This document shows, piece by piece, positions 37,635-46,492 of a DNA stretch of 64,000 nt (the first letter of the stretch is position 1; each line of letters opens with the position of its first letter). The DNA comes from an uncultured Acidobacteriota bacterium (GTDB lineage Bacteria; Actinomycetota; Acidimicrobiia; Spongiisociales; ZC4RG35). The stretch is taken from positions 46,288 to 110,287 of the forward strand of contig CAVRXA010000026.1 in NCBI GenBank assembly GCA_963725075.1, given 5' to 3'. Under the pieces are notes generated by a model, which saw nothing but the letters and a program-made list of their open reading frames with translations, was not told the DNA's origin and ran no database searches. The position numbers were made by a program, and so were the translations under genes.

Positions 37635-40349
37635 GTGCGGGTGACACCGACCTCCGACGAGGCCCTCCGAGCCGACATCAGACGTCTCGGCAACCAGCTC
37701 GGCGACGCCCTGGTGCGTCAGCAAGGTCCCGAGCTCCTCGACCTGGTCGAAGAGGTGAGGGCTCTGGGCAAGTCCTCCCGTCGGGGTGGTAGCACCGAGG
37801 CTGCGGGCCAACTCGATGCCCGGCTCGCCGACCTGGAAATCGACGAGGTGATCCCCCTGGTCAGGGCGTTCACCACCTACTTCTACCTGGCCAACGTCGC
37901 CGAGCAGGTCCACCGGATCGACCAACTGGCCATCGCCGAGCTTGGCCTGGCCGCCACTGTCGACCGCGTCCTCGAGGCCGGCGTCGAGCCCGATGTGCTG
38001 GCCGAGGTCCGCCAAAGACTCGAGATGAGGCCGGTGTTCACTGCACATCCCACCGAAGCGGCTAGACGTTCGATACTGACCAAGACCGCCCGTCTGGCCG
38101 AGCTCATCGGGCAACGGCTGACCGCCGGGGACGCCGATCTGGCCCTCATCGATCGTCGCACCGCCGAGCTGATCGACCAGATATGGCAGACCGACGAGCT
38201 GCGGCTCGAGAAGCCAAACCCGGTTGAGGAGGCTCGCTCCGCCCTCTACTACCTGGTGCAGATCGCGTCCGAGGTCATGCCCGCCCTCAGCGAGAGGGTG
38301 GCACTCGAGATCGCCCGGCTCGGAGTCGTCGCCGACAAGAGCCCGATACGTTTCGGGTCATGGGTCGGGGGCGACCGCGACGGGAACCCCGGCGTGACGC
38401 CGGACACCACATTGGAGACCCTGCTGCTCCACCACGATCGCGGCCTTCGCCATCTCATCGGTCTGATCGAAGATCTCGCCGACGAGCTCTCGGTGTCCGA
38501 GCGGCTGGCTCCCATGAGTGACGAGATGCAGGCGTCGCTGGCGTCGGACCGCGAGATGCTGGCCGAGGTCTGGCAGCGCGAGGGGCGGCGCACGGCTGCC
38601 GAGCCATATCGCCTCAAATGCTCTTACATCCGGGCCCGCCTGGTCAACACCAACCGGCGCCTGCAGCAGGGTCTTCCCCATGTCGAGGGCAAGGACTACG
38701 GCCACCCCGACGATCTCATCGCCGAGCTCGACCTGATGGCGTCGTCTCTCTCCCACGCCCGTGGTGAGCTGATCGCTCACGGTGCCGTGGCCCGAATGCG
38801 CAGGGCGGTGGAGACGTTCGGGTTTCACATGGCCACCCTCGATGTCCGCGAGCACGCGAGCAGGCATCACGAGGCGCTCGTCGAGTTGTTCGGCCTGGTC
38901 GGTGTCGATTACCGGGCGATGACCGCCGACCGGCGATCCGAAGTGCTGTCAGCCGAGCTGGCGGGCACCCGCCCCCTGAGCGGCCTGACCACCGCTCTCA
39001 GCGAGCAGGCAGACCTCACCCTCGGCACTTTCCGTTCCATCCGGGAGGCTCAGGACCTCTTCGGGGACCAGGTCATCGAGTCGTACATCATCTCGATGAC
39101 GGAGTCCCCAGCCGACGTCCTGGAGACGGCAGTTCTCGCCCGGGAGGCCGGTCTGATCGATCTTCGTCGAGGCATCGCCCGAATCGGCCTGGTGCCCCTC
39201 GTCGAGACGATCGACGACCTCCGCAACGCCGGCGAGCTTCTGGAGGCCCTGTTCAACGATCCGGCCTACCGGCAGATCCTCGAGCTTCGGGGCAACAGTC
39301 AAGAAGTCGTGCTCGGCTACTCCGATTCCAACAAGGAGGGCGGGATCACCACCTCGCAGTGGGAGATCTACAAGGCCCAGCGGTCGATGCGGAACGCCGC
39401 CGAGCGACACGGAGTGCATCTGCGGCTGTTCCATGGCCGGGGCGGGACAATCGGCCGCGGCGGTGGGCCCACCCACGCCGCCATCCTCGCCCAGCCTTTT
39501 GGCACCGTGGACGGTGAATTGAAGGTCACCGAGCAAGGCGAGGTGATCTCGGAGAAGTACGGGCACCCGGCCATCGCTGCCCGCAACCTGGAGCTGGCAC
39601 TCTCCGCCGTCCTGGAGTCGTCGCTGCTGCATCGGCGCTCACGCAAGCCCAAGGAGACTCTCGATCGGTGGACCGAGGCCATGGACTTCTTCTCTGCCGA
39701 GGCGTACTCGTCTTACCGGGAGTTCGTCCAGCACCCGAGCCTGGTTTCCTACTTCCTCACTTCCACTCCCGTGGAGGAGCTGGGCCGCCTCAACCTGGGG
39801 AGCCGGCCCTCGCGCCGTCCTGGTGGCGTCGGGGGAATCGAAGACCTTCGGGCCATTCCCTGGGTATTCGGTTGGACTCAGACCCGCCAGATCGTCCCCG
39901 GCTGGTTTGGCGTCGGGACCGGGATCCGGGCGGCCAGGAAGGCCGGATTCGGCGATGTGCTGGACGAGATGGCGCGGGAGTGGGGCTTCTTCCAGACCTT
40001 CCTCTCCAATGTCGAGATGACCTTGGCCAAGACCGATCTCGAGATTGCCAGCCGTTATGTGGCCAGCCTCGTGGCCGAGGAGCATCGTGGGCTCCTCGAC
40101 CTGATCAGGACCGAATGCGAGCTGGCCACCGAGGAGATCCTCACCCTGCGCCGGCAACCGGACCTGCTCGGTGATCTGCCGCTGTTGAAACGAACCCTTG
40201 GGGTCCGTGACGTGTATCTCGACCCCATCAGCTACCTCCAGGTGTCCCTCCTCGCCCGCAGCCGGGATGGCGAGGTGGGCGACGACCTCGACCGCGCCCT
40301 CCTCCTCACCGTGAACGGGATCGCAGCGGGAATGCGAAACACGGGGTAG
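37635..40349 (+). CDS. ppc: phosphoenolpyruvate carboxylase
   Basis: 904 aa. VFTAHPTE, GYSDSNKEGG, FHGRGGTIGRGGGP and the C-terminal ...GMRNTG are Ppc signatures. Confidence 0.95.
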   Translation: MRVTPTSDEALRADIRRLGNQLGDALVRQQGPELLDLVEEVRALGKSSRRGGSTEAAGQLDARLADLEIDEVIPLVRAFTTYFYLANVAEQVHRIDQLAIAELGLAATVDRVLEAGVEPDVLAEVRQRLEMRPVFTAHPTEAARRSILTKTARLAELIGQRLTAGDADLALIDRRTAELIDQIWQTDELRLEKPNPVEEARSALYYLVQIASEVMPALSERVALEIARLGVVADKSPIRFGSWVGGDRDGNPGVTPDTTLETLLLHHDRGLRHLIGLIEDLADELSVSERLAPMSDEMQASLASDREMLAEVWQREGRRTAAEPYRLKCSYIRARLVNTNRRLQQGLPHVEGKDYGHPDDLIAELDLMASSLSHARGELIAHGAVARMRRAVETFGFHMATLDVREHASRHHEALVELFGLVGVDYRAMTADRRSEVLSAELAGTRPLSGLTTALSEQADLTLGTFRSIREAQDLFGDQVIESYIISMTESPADVLETAVLAREAGLIDLRRGIARIGLVPLVETIDDLRNAGELLEALFNDPAYRQILELRGNSQEVVLGYSDSNKEGGITTSQWEIYKAQRSMRNAAERHGVHLRLFHGRGGTIGRGGGPTHAAILAQPFGTVDGELKVTEQGEVISEKYGHPAIAARNLELALSAVLESSLLHRRSRKPKETLDRWTEAMDFFSAEAYSSYREFVQHPSLVSYFLTSTPVEELGRLNLGSRPSRRPGGVGGIEDLRAIPWVFGWTQTRQIVPGWFGVGTGIRAARKAGFGDVLDEMAREWGFFQTFLSNVEMTLAKTDLEIASRYVASLVAEEHRGLLDLIRTECELATEEILTLRRQPDLLGDLPLLKRTLGVRDVYLDPISYLQVSLLARSRDGEVGDDLDRALLLTVNGIAAGMRNTG

Positions 40350-40363
40350 ATAACCTCCGTCCC

Positions 40364-40984
40364 ATGCCTGTCACGATCCTCGACCACCCGCTCGCTGCCG
40401 ACCTCCTCGCCATCCTTCGCAGCAAAGAAACGGAACCACCGGAGTTTCGACAGATCGCCGAGCGGCTGGGCTACCTCCTGGTGGCGGAAGCCCTCTCGGA
40501 CATGACGACGGTGGAGGTCGAGATCGAGACCCCGTTGGAGAAGACGAGCGGCCGCCAGCTTCGGCGCCCTGTGGTCGCCGTGGCCGTCTTGCGCGCCGGC
40601 CTGGGGCTTCTCGAGTCGGTGCTCACACTGGTGCCCGATGCCGCGATTGGCTTCGCCGGCGTCCAACGCAACGAGGAGACGGCCGAGCCGATCGAGTACT
40701 ACACCAAGTTCCCCCAGCTCTCCTCGGCGAGGGTGCTCATCCTCGAGCCGATGTTGGCCACAGGCGGTTCTCTCTCCTGGGCCATCGACAAGGTGAAGGA
40801 GAACGGCGCCAAGGACATCACCGCGGTGTGTGTCGTCACCGCCCCTGAGGGGCTGGCGGCCATCGAGGAAAAGCACCCCGACGTCCGCATCGTGGCCGCA
40901 GCCCTCGACCGCGAGCTGAACCCGAGTTTCTACATCGCACCCGGTCTCGGGGATATGGGGGACCGACTCTTCGGGACCTTGTGA
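40364..40984 (+). CDS. upp: uracil phosphoribosyltransferase
   Basis: VAVLRAGLGL, LILEPMLATGGS (PRPP loop) and YIAPGLGDMGDRLFGT. Confidence 0.9.
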   Translation: MPVTILDHPLAADLLAILRSKETEPPEFRQIAERLGYLLVAEALSDMTTVEVEIETPLEKTSGRQLRRPVVAVAVLRAGLGLLESVLTLVPDAAIGFAGVQRNEETAEPIEYYTKFPQLSSARVLILEPMLATGGSLSWAIDKVKENGAKDITAVCVVTAPEGLAAIEEKHPDVRIVAAALDRELNPSFYIAPGLGDMGDRLFGTL

Positions 40985-41259
40985 CCGTCTTCGAAGACGC
41001 CGTGCTCGAGGTGATCACGTCACTGGAGCGGGGCGAAGTCGTCACCTACGGCGAGGTGGCCGATCAAGCGGGGTTCCCGGGAGCGGCGCGAGCGGTTGGA
41101 ACGGTTCTCCGAAATTGCGACGGGGACGTCCCGTGGTGGCGTGTGGTGGGAGCCGGCGGATTGATCCGCACCCCCGGCAAGGAGAAACAGGCAGACCTCC
41201 TGAAGTCGGAGGGGATCCTCGTCATGGACGGGAAGGTCGTCGGCACCAGGAACCGTTGA
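40981..41259 (+). CDS. alkyltransferase-like (ATL) protein: MGMT DNA-binding domain lacking the acceptor Cys
   Basis: 92 aa: GEVVTYGEVADQAGFPGAARAVGTVLRN...DVPWWRVV. Trp replaces the Cys of the PCHRV active site. Confidence 0.7.
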   Translation: MTVFEDAVLEVITSLERGEVVTYGEVADQAGFPGAARAVGTVLRNCDGDVPWWRVVGAGGLIRTPGKEKQADLLKSEGILVMDGKVVGTRNR

Positions 41260-41282
41260 GGCCGTCCGCTCGTCCAAGCGGC

Positions 41283-42035
41283 ATGACATGGACCACACAT
41301 CTTCGCAACATCGCACTAGTGGGCGGCCTCGCCGTCCTGCTCGCCGCCTGTGGCTCTGCTGCCGGATCGACCCCACAGGAGATCACGGTGAACACATCGG
41401 AGGAGGCGACAACCGGCATCTCGGTCTCGGGCATGGGCGAGGTAACCGGCACGCCGGACACCGTGGAAGTCGGCCTGGGTGTCTCCGTTCTCGGAGAAAC
41501 GGTCGATGAGGCGGCCACGACCGCAGCCGAGAAGGCCCAGGCGCTCATCGATGCATTGACTTCGAACGGTGTCGCCGAAGAGGACATCACCACTACCGAC
41601 TATTCGATCTATCCCGAGTACGACTACTCGAGCAACGAGCAGCGGCTCATCGGGTATCGGGTCAGCAACACCGTCAAGGCCAAGATCAGGGACCTCGACA
41701 GCACCGGCGCCGTCCTCGACGCGGCGACTGCGGCGGGTGGCGACGACGTGGTCGTGAACGGGCTCTCTTTCAGCATCGAGGACAACGACGAATTGGTCGC
41801 CGCTGCCAGGGAGGCAGCGTGGAACGACGCGATGACCAAGGCAAGCCAGCTCGCCGAGCTGTCCGGGCAGACCCTCGGCGCGGCAACCACCATCACCGAG
41901 ACCGTGAGCATGCCTCCGATCCCGATCCCGTACGCCGCCGAGGCAGCGGCCGACCGGGCGGTCGAGACTCCGATCGAGCCGGGGACATCGGCGGTGACCA
42001 TCACACTTCAGGTCCAATTCGGCCTCGCCGGCTGA
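41283..42035 (+). CDS. SIMPL/DUF541 family lipoprotein
   Basis: Signal peptide plus lipobox (LAVLLAACGS). Also TGTPDTVEV, YSIYPEYDYSSNEQRLIGYRVSNTV and IEPGTSAVTITLQVQF. Confidence 0.75.
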   Translation: MTWTTHLRNIALVGGLAVLLAACGSAAGSTPQEITVNTSEEATTGISVSGMGEVTGTPDTVEVGLGVSVLGETVDEAATTAAEKAQALIDALTSNGVAEEDITTTDYSIYPEYDYSSNEQRLIGYRVSNTVKAKIRDLDSTGAVLDAATAAGGDDVVVNGLSFSIEDNDELVAAAREAAWNDAMTKASQLAELSGQTLGAATTITETVSMPPIPIPYAAEAAADRAVETPIEPGTSAVTITLQVQFGLAG

Positions 42036-42070
42036 GGAATAGGCTCCACGACCGGCGCGATCTGGAGGTC

Positions 42071-42703
42071 ATGATGGGTATCACCGTGTCAGGTGCCGGG
42101 GAGGCGAAGGCCGACCCCGACACAGTCGAGATCGATGTCGGGGTGTCAGTGCTCGCCGACACTGTCGAGGACGCCATCCGAACCGCGGCAGAGCGGGCGG
42201 AGGCGGTGTCCTCGGCCCTCACCGCAGGTGGTGTCCTTGGCGAGGATATGGCAACCACCGAGTATTCGATCCGCCCCGAGTACGACTACTCGAGCAACAA
42301 TCAGAGGCTGTTGGGCTATCGGGTGAGCAACACGGTCCGCGCCAAGCTCCGCGACGTCGCATCGACCGGCCCGCTTCTCGACTCCATCGCCTCAGCCGGA
42401 GGCGATGAGACCAGGGTCAACGGCCTCAGCTTCGGAGTCGCCGACGAGACGTCGCTCCTGGCCAGGGCGCGAGAAGCGGCATGGAACGACGCCAAGACCA
42501 AAGCGGAGCAGCTGGCAGCCCTATCCGGGCACACACTCGGAAAGGCCACCTCCATCACCGAGACGATCCCGGGCCCTGTGCTGCCGATGCCGAGGATGAT
42601 GGCTGCCGACATGGCGATGTCGGAGAGGGCATCGACCCCGATCGAGCCGGGAACATCAACTGTGACGGTGACGCTCCAGGTGGAGTTCGGCTTTCGGGAG
42701 TGA
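42071..42703 (+). CDS. SIMPL/DUF541 family protein, no signal peptide (tandem paralogue)
   Basis: GGAGG lies 2 nt before ATG 42071. KADPDTVEI, YSIRPEYDYSSNNQRLLGYRVSNTV and IEPGTSTVTVTLQVEF. Confidence 0.75.
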   Translation: MMGITVSGAGEAKADPDTVEIDVGVSVLADTVEDAIRTAAERAEAVSSALTAGGVLGEDMATTEYSIRPEYDYSSNNQRLLGYRVSNTVRAKLRDVASTGPLLDSIASAGGDETRVNGLSFGVADETSLLARAREAAWNDAKTKAEQLAALSGHTLGKATSITETIPGPVLPMPRMMAADMAMSERASTPIEPGTSTVTVTLQVEFGFRE

Positions 42704-42764
42704 GCAGCCTCGGGGGAATACCCCCGGCTCTCCTATCCTTGAGAGTGGCAACAGGCGAGCGCAA

Positions 42765-44102
42765 TTGAACGACCACTCACGCCGCATCTACGACTCGATG
42801 CTCGGGCTGCTCTCGAACGCCGAGAACCCGACTCCAATGGTCAGGCTCAACCACGTCGTTCCGTTCCAGCACACCGAGGTCTACGCCAAGCTCGAGTGGT
42901 ACAACCCGTTCGGGTCGGTCAAGGACCGCATCGCGTCGAACATGATCCAGCAGGCCCGGGAGCAGGGCGACCTGACCGACGAGGACCTGGTCGAGCCAAC
43001 CTCGGGCAACACCGGTCTCGGCCTGGTCATGATGGGCAATCTCCTCGGATACGACCTGACCACTCCGCTCTCCAGCGCCATCCCCGTCGAGAAGCGGACG
43101 ATGCTCCGCTTCTTCGGCGCCACCGTCGAGGAGTTGGAGGACGACCTCTGCCCCGCCCCCTGGGCACCCGAGGGGGCTATCGCCCGGGCGACTGAGATCG
43201 CCGAGAAGCCTGACTTCCTCATGCTGAACCAATACCGGAACCCGTCGAACCCCGACGCCCACTATCGGACCACCGGCCCGGAGATTTGGCGCCAGACCGA
43301 CGGGACGATCACCCATTTCGTCGCCGGGATGGGGACCTGCGGCACCATCACCGGGACGGGGAGGTTCCTGAAGGAGCAGAACTCCGGCGTGCAGGTCATC
43401 GGGGTGCACCCTGGCGAAGGCCATGACATCCCGGGTGTGCGCAGCATCCGCCAGCTCCAGCAGACCGAGTTCTTCCTCCCCGACGAGTACGACGGGATGA
43501 TCGAGATCGGCAACGAGGACGCCTACGCCCTCACGCTGCGGCTCAACCGCGAGGAGAGCATCCCCGCCGGTCCCAGCTCAGGGATGGCTCTGGCCGGTGC
43601 CCTGGCCACGATTCCCGACGAGCCTGGCACCAGGGTTGTGGTGATGTTCCCCGACAACGCCTTCAAGTACGCCTCGTCCATGGCCAAGCACATCCCGGGG
43701 CTGGCTCCGGCTGCGCTGCCCCGGTTCAAGAGCCGCCGGGAGGAGCTCTTCGACGCCATCATCGAGCACACCCGGCACAACCCACATCTCACGGTCGACG
43801 TCGAGGCCGCGCACGACCGATGGGAGGCAGAGAGGCCATTCGTGGTCGATGTACGTTCGGCCGAGGAGTTCGCCCAGGGGCACATCCCGGGAGCCGTCAA
43901 CATCCCCCTCATGGAGCTACCTGACAACCAGGACCAGCTTCCTGCCGACCTCGACGCTCCGGTACTGACCGTCTGCACTCGGGGCAACATCTCACTCCCG
44001 GGAGTCCTCTACATCAACTCACTCGGCTATCGGGATGCCCACAGCATCACCGGGGGAACCAACGCCTGGGTCGAGCAGGGGTTTGTGACCGAATCCGGAT
44101 AG
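42765..44102 (+). CDS. PLP-dependent cysteine synthase-like enzyme fused to a C-terminal rhodanese domain
   Basis: The N-terminal ~310 aa carry KLEWYNPFGSVKDR (PLP Lys), SGNTGLGL and GMGTCGTITG. The C-terminal ~110 aa carry VVDVRSAEEFAQGHIPGAVNIP...VCTRGNIS (Cys loop). Confidence 0.8.
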   Translation: MNDHSRRIYDSMLGLLSNAENPTPMVRLNHVVPFQHTEVYAKLEWYNPFGSVKDRIASNMIQQAREQGDLTDEDLVEPTSGNTGLGLVMMGNLLGYDLTTPLSSAIPVEKRTMLRFFGATVEELEDDLCPAPWAPEGAIARATEIAEKPDFLMLNQYRNPSNPDAHYRTTGPEIWRQTDGTITHFVAGMGTCGTITGTGRFLKEQNSGVQVIGVHPGEGHDIPGVRSIRQLQQTEFFLPDEYDGMIEIGNEDAYALTLRLNREESIPAGPSSGMALAGALATIPDEPGTRVVVMFPDNAFKYASSMAKHIPGLAPAALPRFKSRREELFDAIIEHTRHNPHLTVDVEAAHDRWEAERPFVVDVRSAEEFAQGHIPGAVNIPLMELPDNQDQLPADLDAPVLTVCTRGNISLPGVLYINSLGYRDAHSITGGTNAWVEQGFVTESG

Positions 44103-44147
44103 ACCCTCTTCTTTGGATTTCGCGGTTTCCCCAATCAAACTGCGACG

Positions 44148-45146
44148 ATGCGCCACTTCCTCAACACCTTCGATTGGACCCGACCCGAGCTCCAATCGAT
44201 GGTGGACGAGGGGCGCCGTCTCAAGGCGTCTCCCTACGGCAAGGCGCTCGAGGGGAAGACCATTGCCCTGCTCTTCCTGAACAATTCTCTGCGCACCCGC
44301 ACCTCATTCGACGTCGGTGCCAACCAACTGGGGGGTCACGCGGTCGTGCTCTCCCCCTCCGGCGGGATGTGGCCACTCGAGTTCGAAGACGGGGCGGTGA
44401 TGCTCGATGACGCCGAGGAGCACGTCAAGGAAGCGGCCAAGGTCCTCTCCCGCTACTGCGACCTGATCGGGATCAGGGCCTTTCCCAAATTCGAGAACTG
44501 GGAGGACGATCGCAAGGACACCATCCTCCAGGCCTTCGCCACCCACGCCGACGTCCCTGTCATCAACATGGAGACCATCACCCACCCCTGTCAGGAGCTT
44601 GCCCACATCATGGCCCTTCAAGAGCGTCTCGGGTCGCTCGACGGCAAGCGCTACCTGCTCACCTGGAGCTATCACCCCAAGCCGCTGAACACGGCAGTCG
44701 CCAATTCGGCGCTCGTGATCGCGGCCAAGTTCGGGATGAACGTCACCCTGCTCTGCCCGACGGAGGATTTCCTGCTCGATGATCGGTACATGAACATCGC
44801 AACCCGTGACGCCGGCGCCAATGGGGGCAGCGTCACCGTCACCCATGACATCGAGACCGGCTACGACGGAGCCGAGGTCGTATACGCCAAGAGCTGGGGA
44901 GCGATCCCGTTCTTCGGGCGATGGGACGAGGAGAAGCCGATCCGGGACAAGTACCAGGACTTCATCGTCGACTCCCGCAAGATGGCGATGACCAGTGATG
45001 CCGTTGTCAGCCATTGCCTCCCGATGAGACGCAACGTCATCATGACCGATGAGGTCTTCGACAGCCCGAGCTGCATCGCCTACGACGAGGCAGAGAACCG
45101 CCTCCACGTGCAGAAGGCGATCATGACCAACCTGATAGCTCAATGA
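44148..45146 (+). CDS. argF: N-acetyl-L-ornithine carbamoyltransferase (AOTCase, Xanthomonas ArgF-prime type)
   Basis: Near-colinear with my recollection of X. campestris AOTCase. Shared blocks: HFLNT-DW, SLRTRTSF, GGHAVVL, WPLEF (Glu of the acetyl-specific motif), INMETITHPCQELAH, LTWSYHPKPLNTAVANSA, HCLPMRRNV and DEAENRLHVQKAIM. Confidence 0.85.
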   Translation: MRHFLNTFDWTRPELQSMVDEGRRLKASPYGKALEGKTIALLFLNNSLRTRTSFDVGANQLGGHAVVLSPSGGMWPLEFEDGAVMLDDAEEHVKEAAKVLSRYCDLIGIRAFPKFENWEDDRKDTILQAFATHADVPVINMETITHPCQELAHIMALQERLGSLDGKRYLLTWSYHPKPLNTAVANSALVIAAKFGMNVTLLCPTEDFLLDDRYMNIATRDAGANGGSVTVTHDIETGYDGAEVVYAKSWGAIPFFGRWDEEKPIRDKYQDFIVDSRKMAMTSDAVVSHCLPMRRNVIMTDEVFDSPSCIAYDEAENRLHVQKAIMTNLIAQ

Positions 45147-46492
45147 GCGAGGACCGGATCCCCGGCTCGCCGAACCGGGACGTTCGCCAGACAATCGTCC
45201 ATCTGCTCTCCAACATGAGCGATGGGAGGGAGATCCGCTCCTATCTGCAGCGATTCTCCGAAGTGGACCGATCCCGTTTCGCAGTGATCAAGATCGGCGG
45301 CGCCATCCTCGCCGAACATTTGGAAGAGACCGCCGCGGCCCTGGCCTTCCTCCACACCGTCGGGCTCACCCCGATCGTGATCCACGGCGGGGGCACGCAG
45401 CTGGACCGGGCTCTCGACGAGCGCGGGATCGAGAGCCGGAGGATCGACGGGCTCAGGGTCACCGAGCCCGACGTCCTCGATGCCGCTCGTGACACCTTCA
45501 TCGAGCAGAACATCCTCCTCGTCGAAGCGATACGGGAGCAGGGAGTCGCCGCCCACGGTCTGACGGCCGGCGCCTTCGAGGCCGACTACGTCGACCGGGA
45601 CAAGTACGGGCTGGTCGGCGAGCCGACGGAGGTGCACATCGCCCTCATCCGCTCCATCGTCGACTCCGGCGCGATACCCATCCTGACCTGTCTCGGTGTC
45701 GCCCCAGGTGGGCAGATCGTCAACATGAACGCCGACGCGGCCACCCGAGCGCTCGTGCACGCCGTGCAGCCCCTGAAGATCATCTTCCTGGTCGATGTCG
45801 GCGGCCTCCTCGATGACGACGGCCGGCCGATCGAGTCGATCAACCTCGCCTCCGATTACGACCATCTCATGGACCAGGACTGGGTCCACTCCGGGATGCG
45901 GCTCAAACTGGCCGAGATCAAAAGGCTGCTGGACGACTCGCCGCTTTCCACCTCGGTCTCGATCACCACGCCGTCGGGCCTGGTGAAGGAGTTGTTCACA
46001 CACGGCGGGTCGGGCACGTTGGTGCGGAAGGGCGAGCTCATAGAACGGGTCACCGATCCGGGCTCCATCGACGGCAGTCAGGTGGTCAAGCTGGTCGAGG
46101 AGGCATTCGGGAGAACTCTGAAGGAGGGCTGGTGGCAGGGCCTCGACCTCGATACGGCCTACCTGTCGGAGAGCCTCCGGGCGGGTGCGATCGTCAGCCG
46201 TGTCGGTGACATCTCATACCTGGACAAGTTCGCCATCCTCGAGGATGCCCGTGGTGAGGGCCTGGCCAGGACTGTGTGGGCGCAGGTCATCGCCGATCAC
46301 CCGGTGTTCTACTGGCGATCCCGGACCGACAATCGGTTCAATTCCTTCTATGCCGATGAGGCCGATGGCTCGGTGAAGCGCGGGCCCTGGACCGTCTTCT
46401 GGAAGGGCGAAACCGACTTCGGTCGCATCGCGCCCCGGGTCGAGACGATCGCGGCGCTTCCCGCCTCGTTCGTGGGCGACGAAGATGAGTGA
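45143..46492 (+). CDS. argA: bifunctional N-acetylglutamate synthase/kinase, vertebrate-like (Xanthomonas/Maricaulis type)
   Basis: The amino-acid-kinase domain carries FAVIKIGGAIL, VIHGGG, GLRVT and NMNAD. The C-terminal GNAT-like NAGS domain carries YLDKFAILEDARGEGL and FYWRSR. It is colinear with the recalled X. campestris ArgA/B. Confidence 0.8.
   Translation: MSEDRIPGSPNRDVRQTIVHLLSNMSDGREIRSYLQRFSEVDRSRFAVIKIGGAILAEHLEETAAALAFLHTVGLTPIVIHGGGTQLDRALDERGIESRRIDGLRVTEPDVLDAARDTFIEQNILLVEAIREQGVAAHGLTAGAFEADYVDRDKYGLVGEPTEVHIALIRSIVDSGAIPILTCLGVAPGGQIVNMNADAATRALVHAVQPLKIIFLVDVGGLLDDDGRPIESINLASDYDHLMDQDWVHSGMRLKLAEIKRLLDDSPLSTSVSITTPSGLVKELFTHGGSGTLVRKGELIERVTDPGSIDGSQVVKLVEEAFGRTLKEGWWQGLDLDTAYLSESLRAGAIVSRVGDISYLDKFAILEDARGEGLARTVWAQVIADHPVFYWRSRTDNRFNSFYADEADGSVKRGPWTVFWKGETDFGRIAPRVETIAALPASFVGDEDE

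Noticed and set aside
36753-38114. 453-aa minus-strand ORF, and similar long antisense ORFs at 23777..24865(-), 51755..52948(-), 59068..60438(+) and 34274..35122(-)
   Set aside because: All lie opposite genes with clear homology (xdhC/ppc, xdhC-YHS, etfBA, smc, coxD). They have low-complexity R/G/P/D composition and no recognisable domains.
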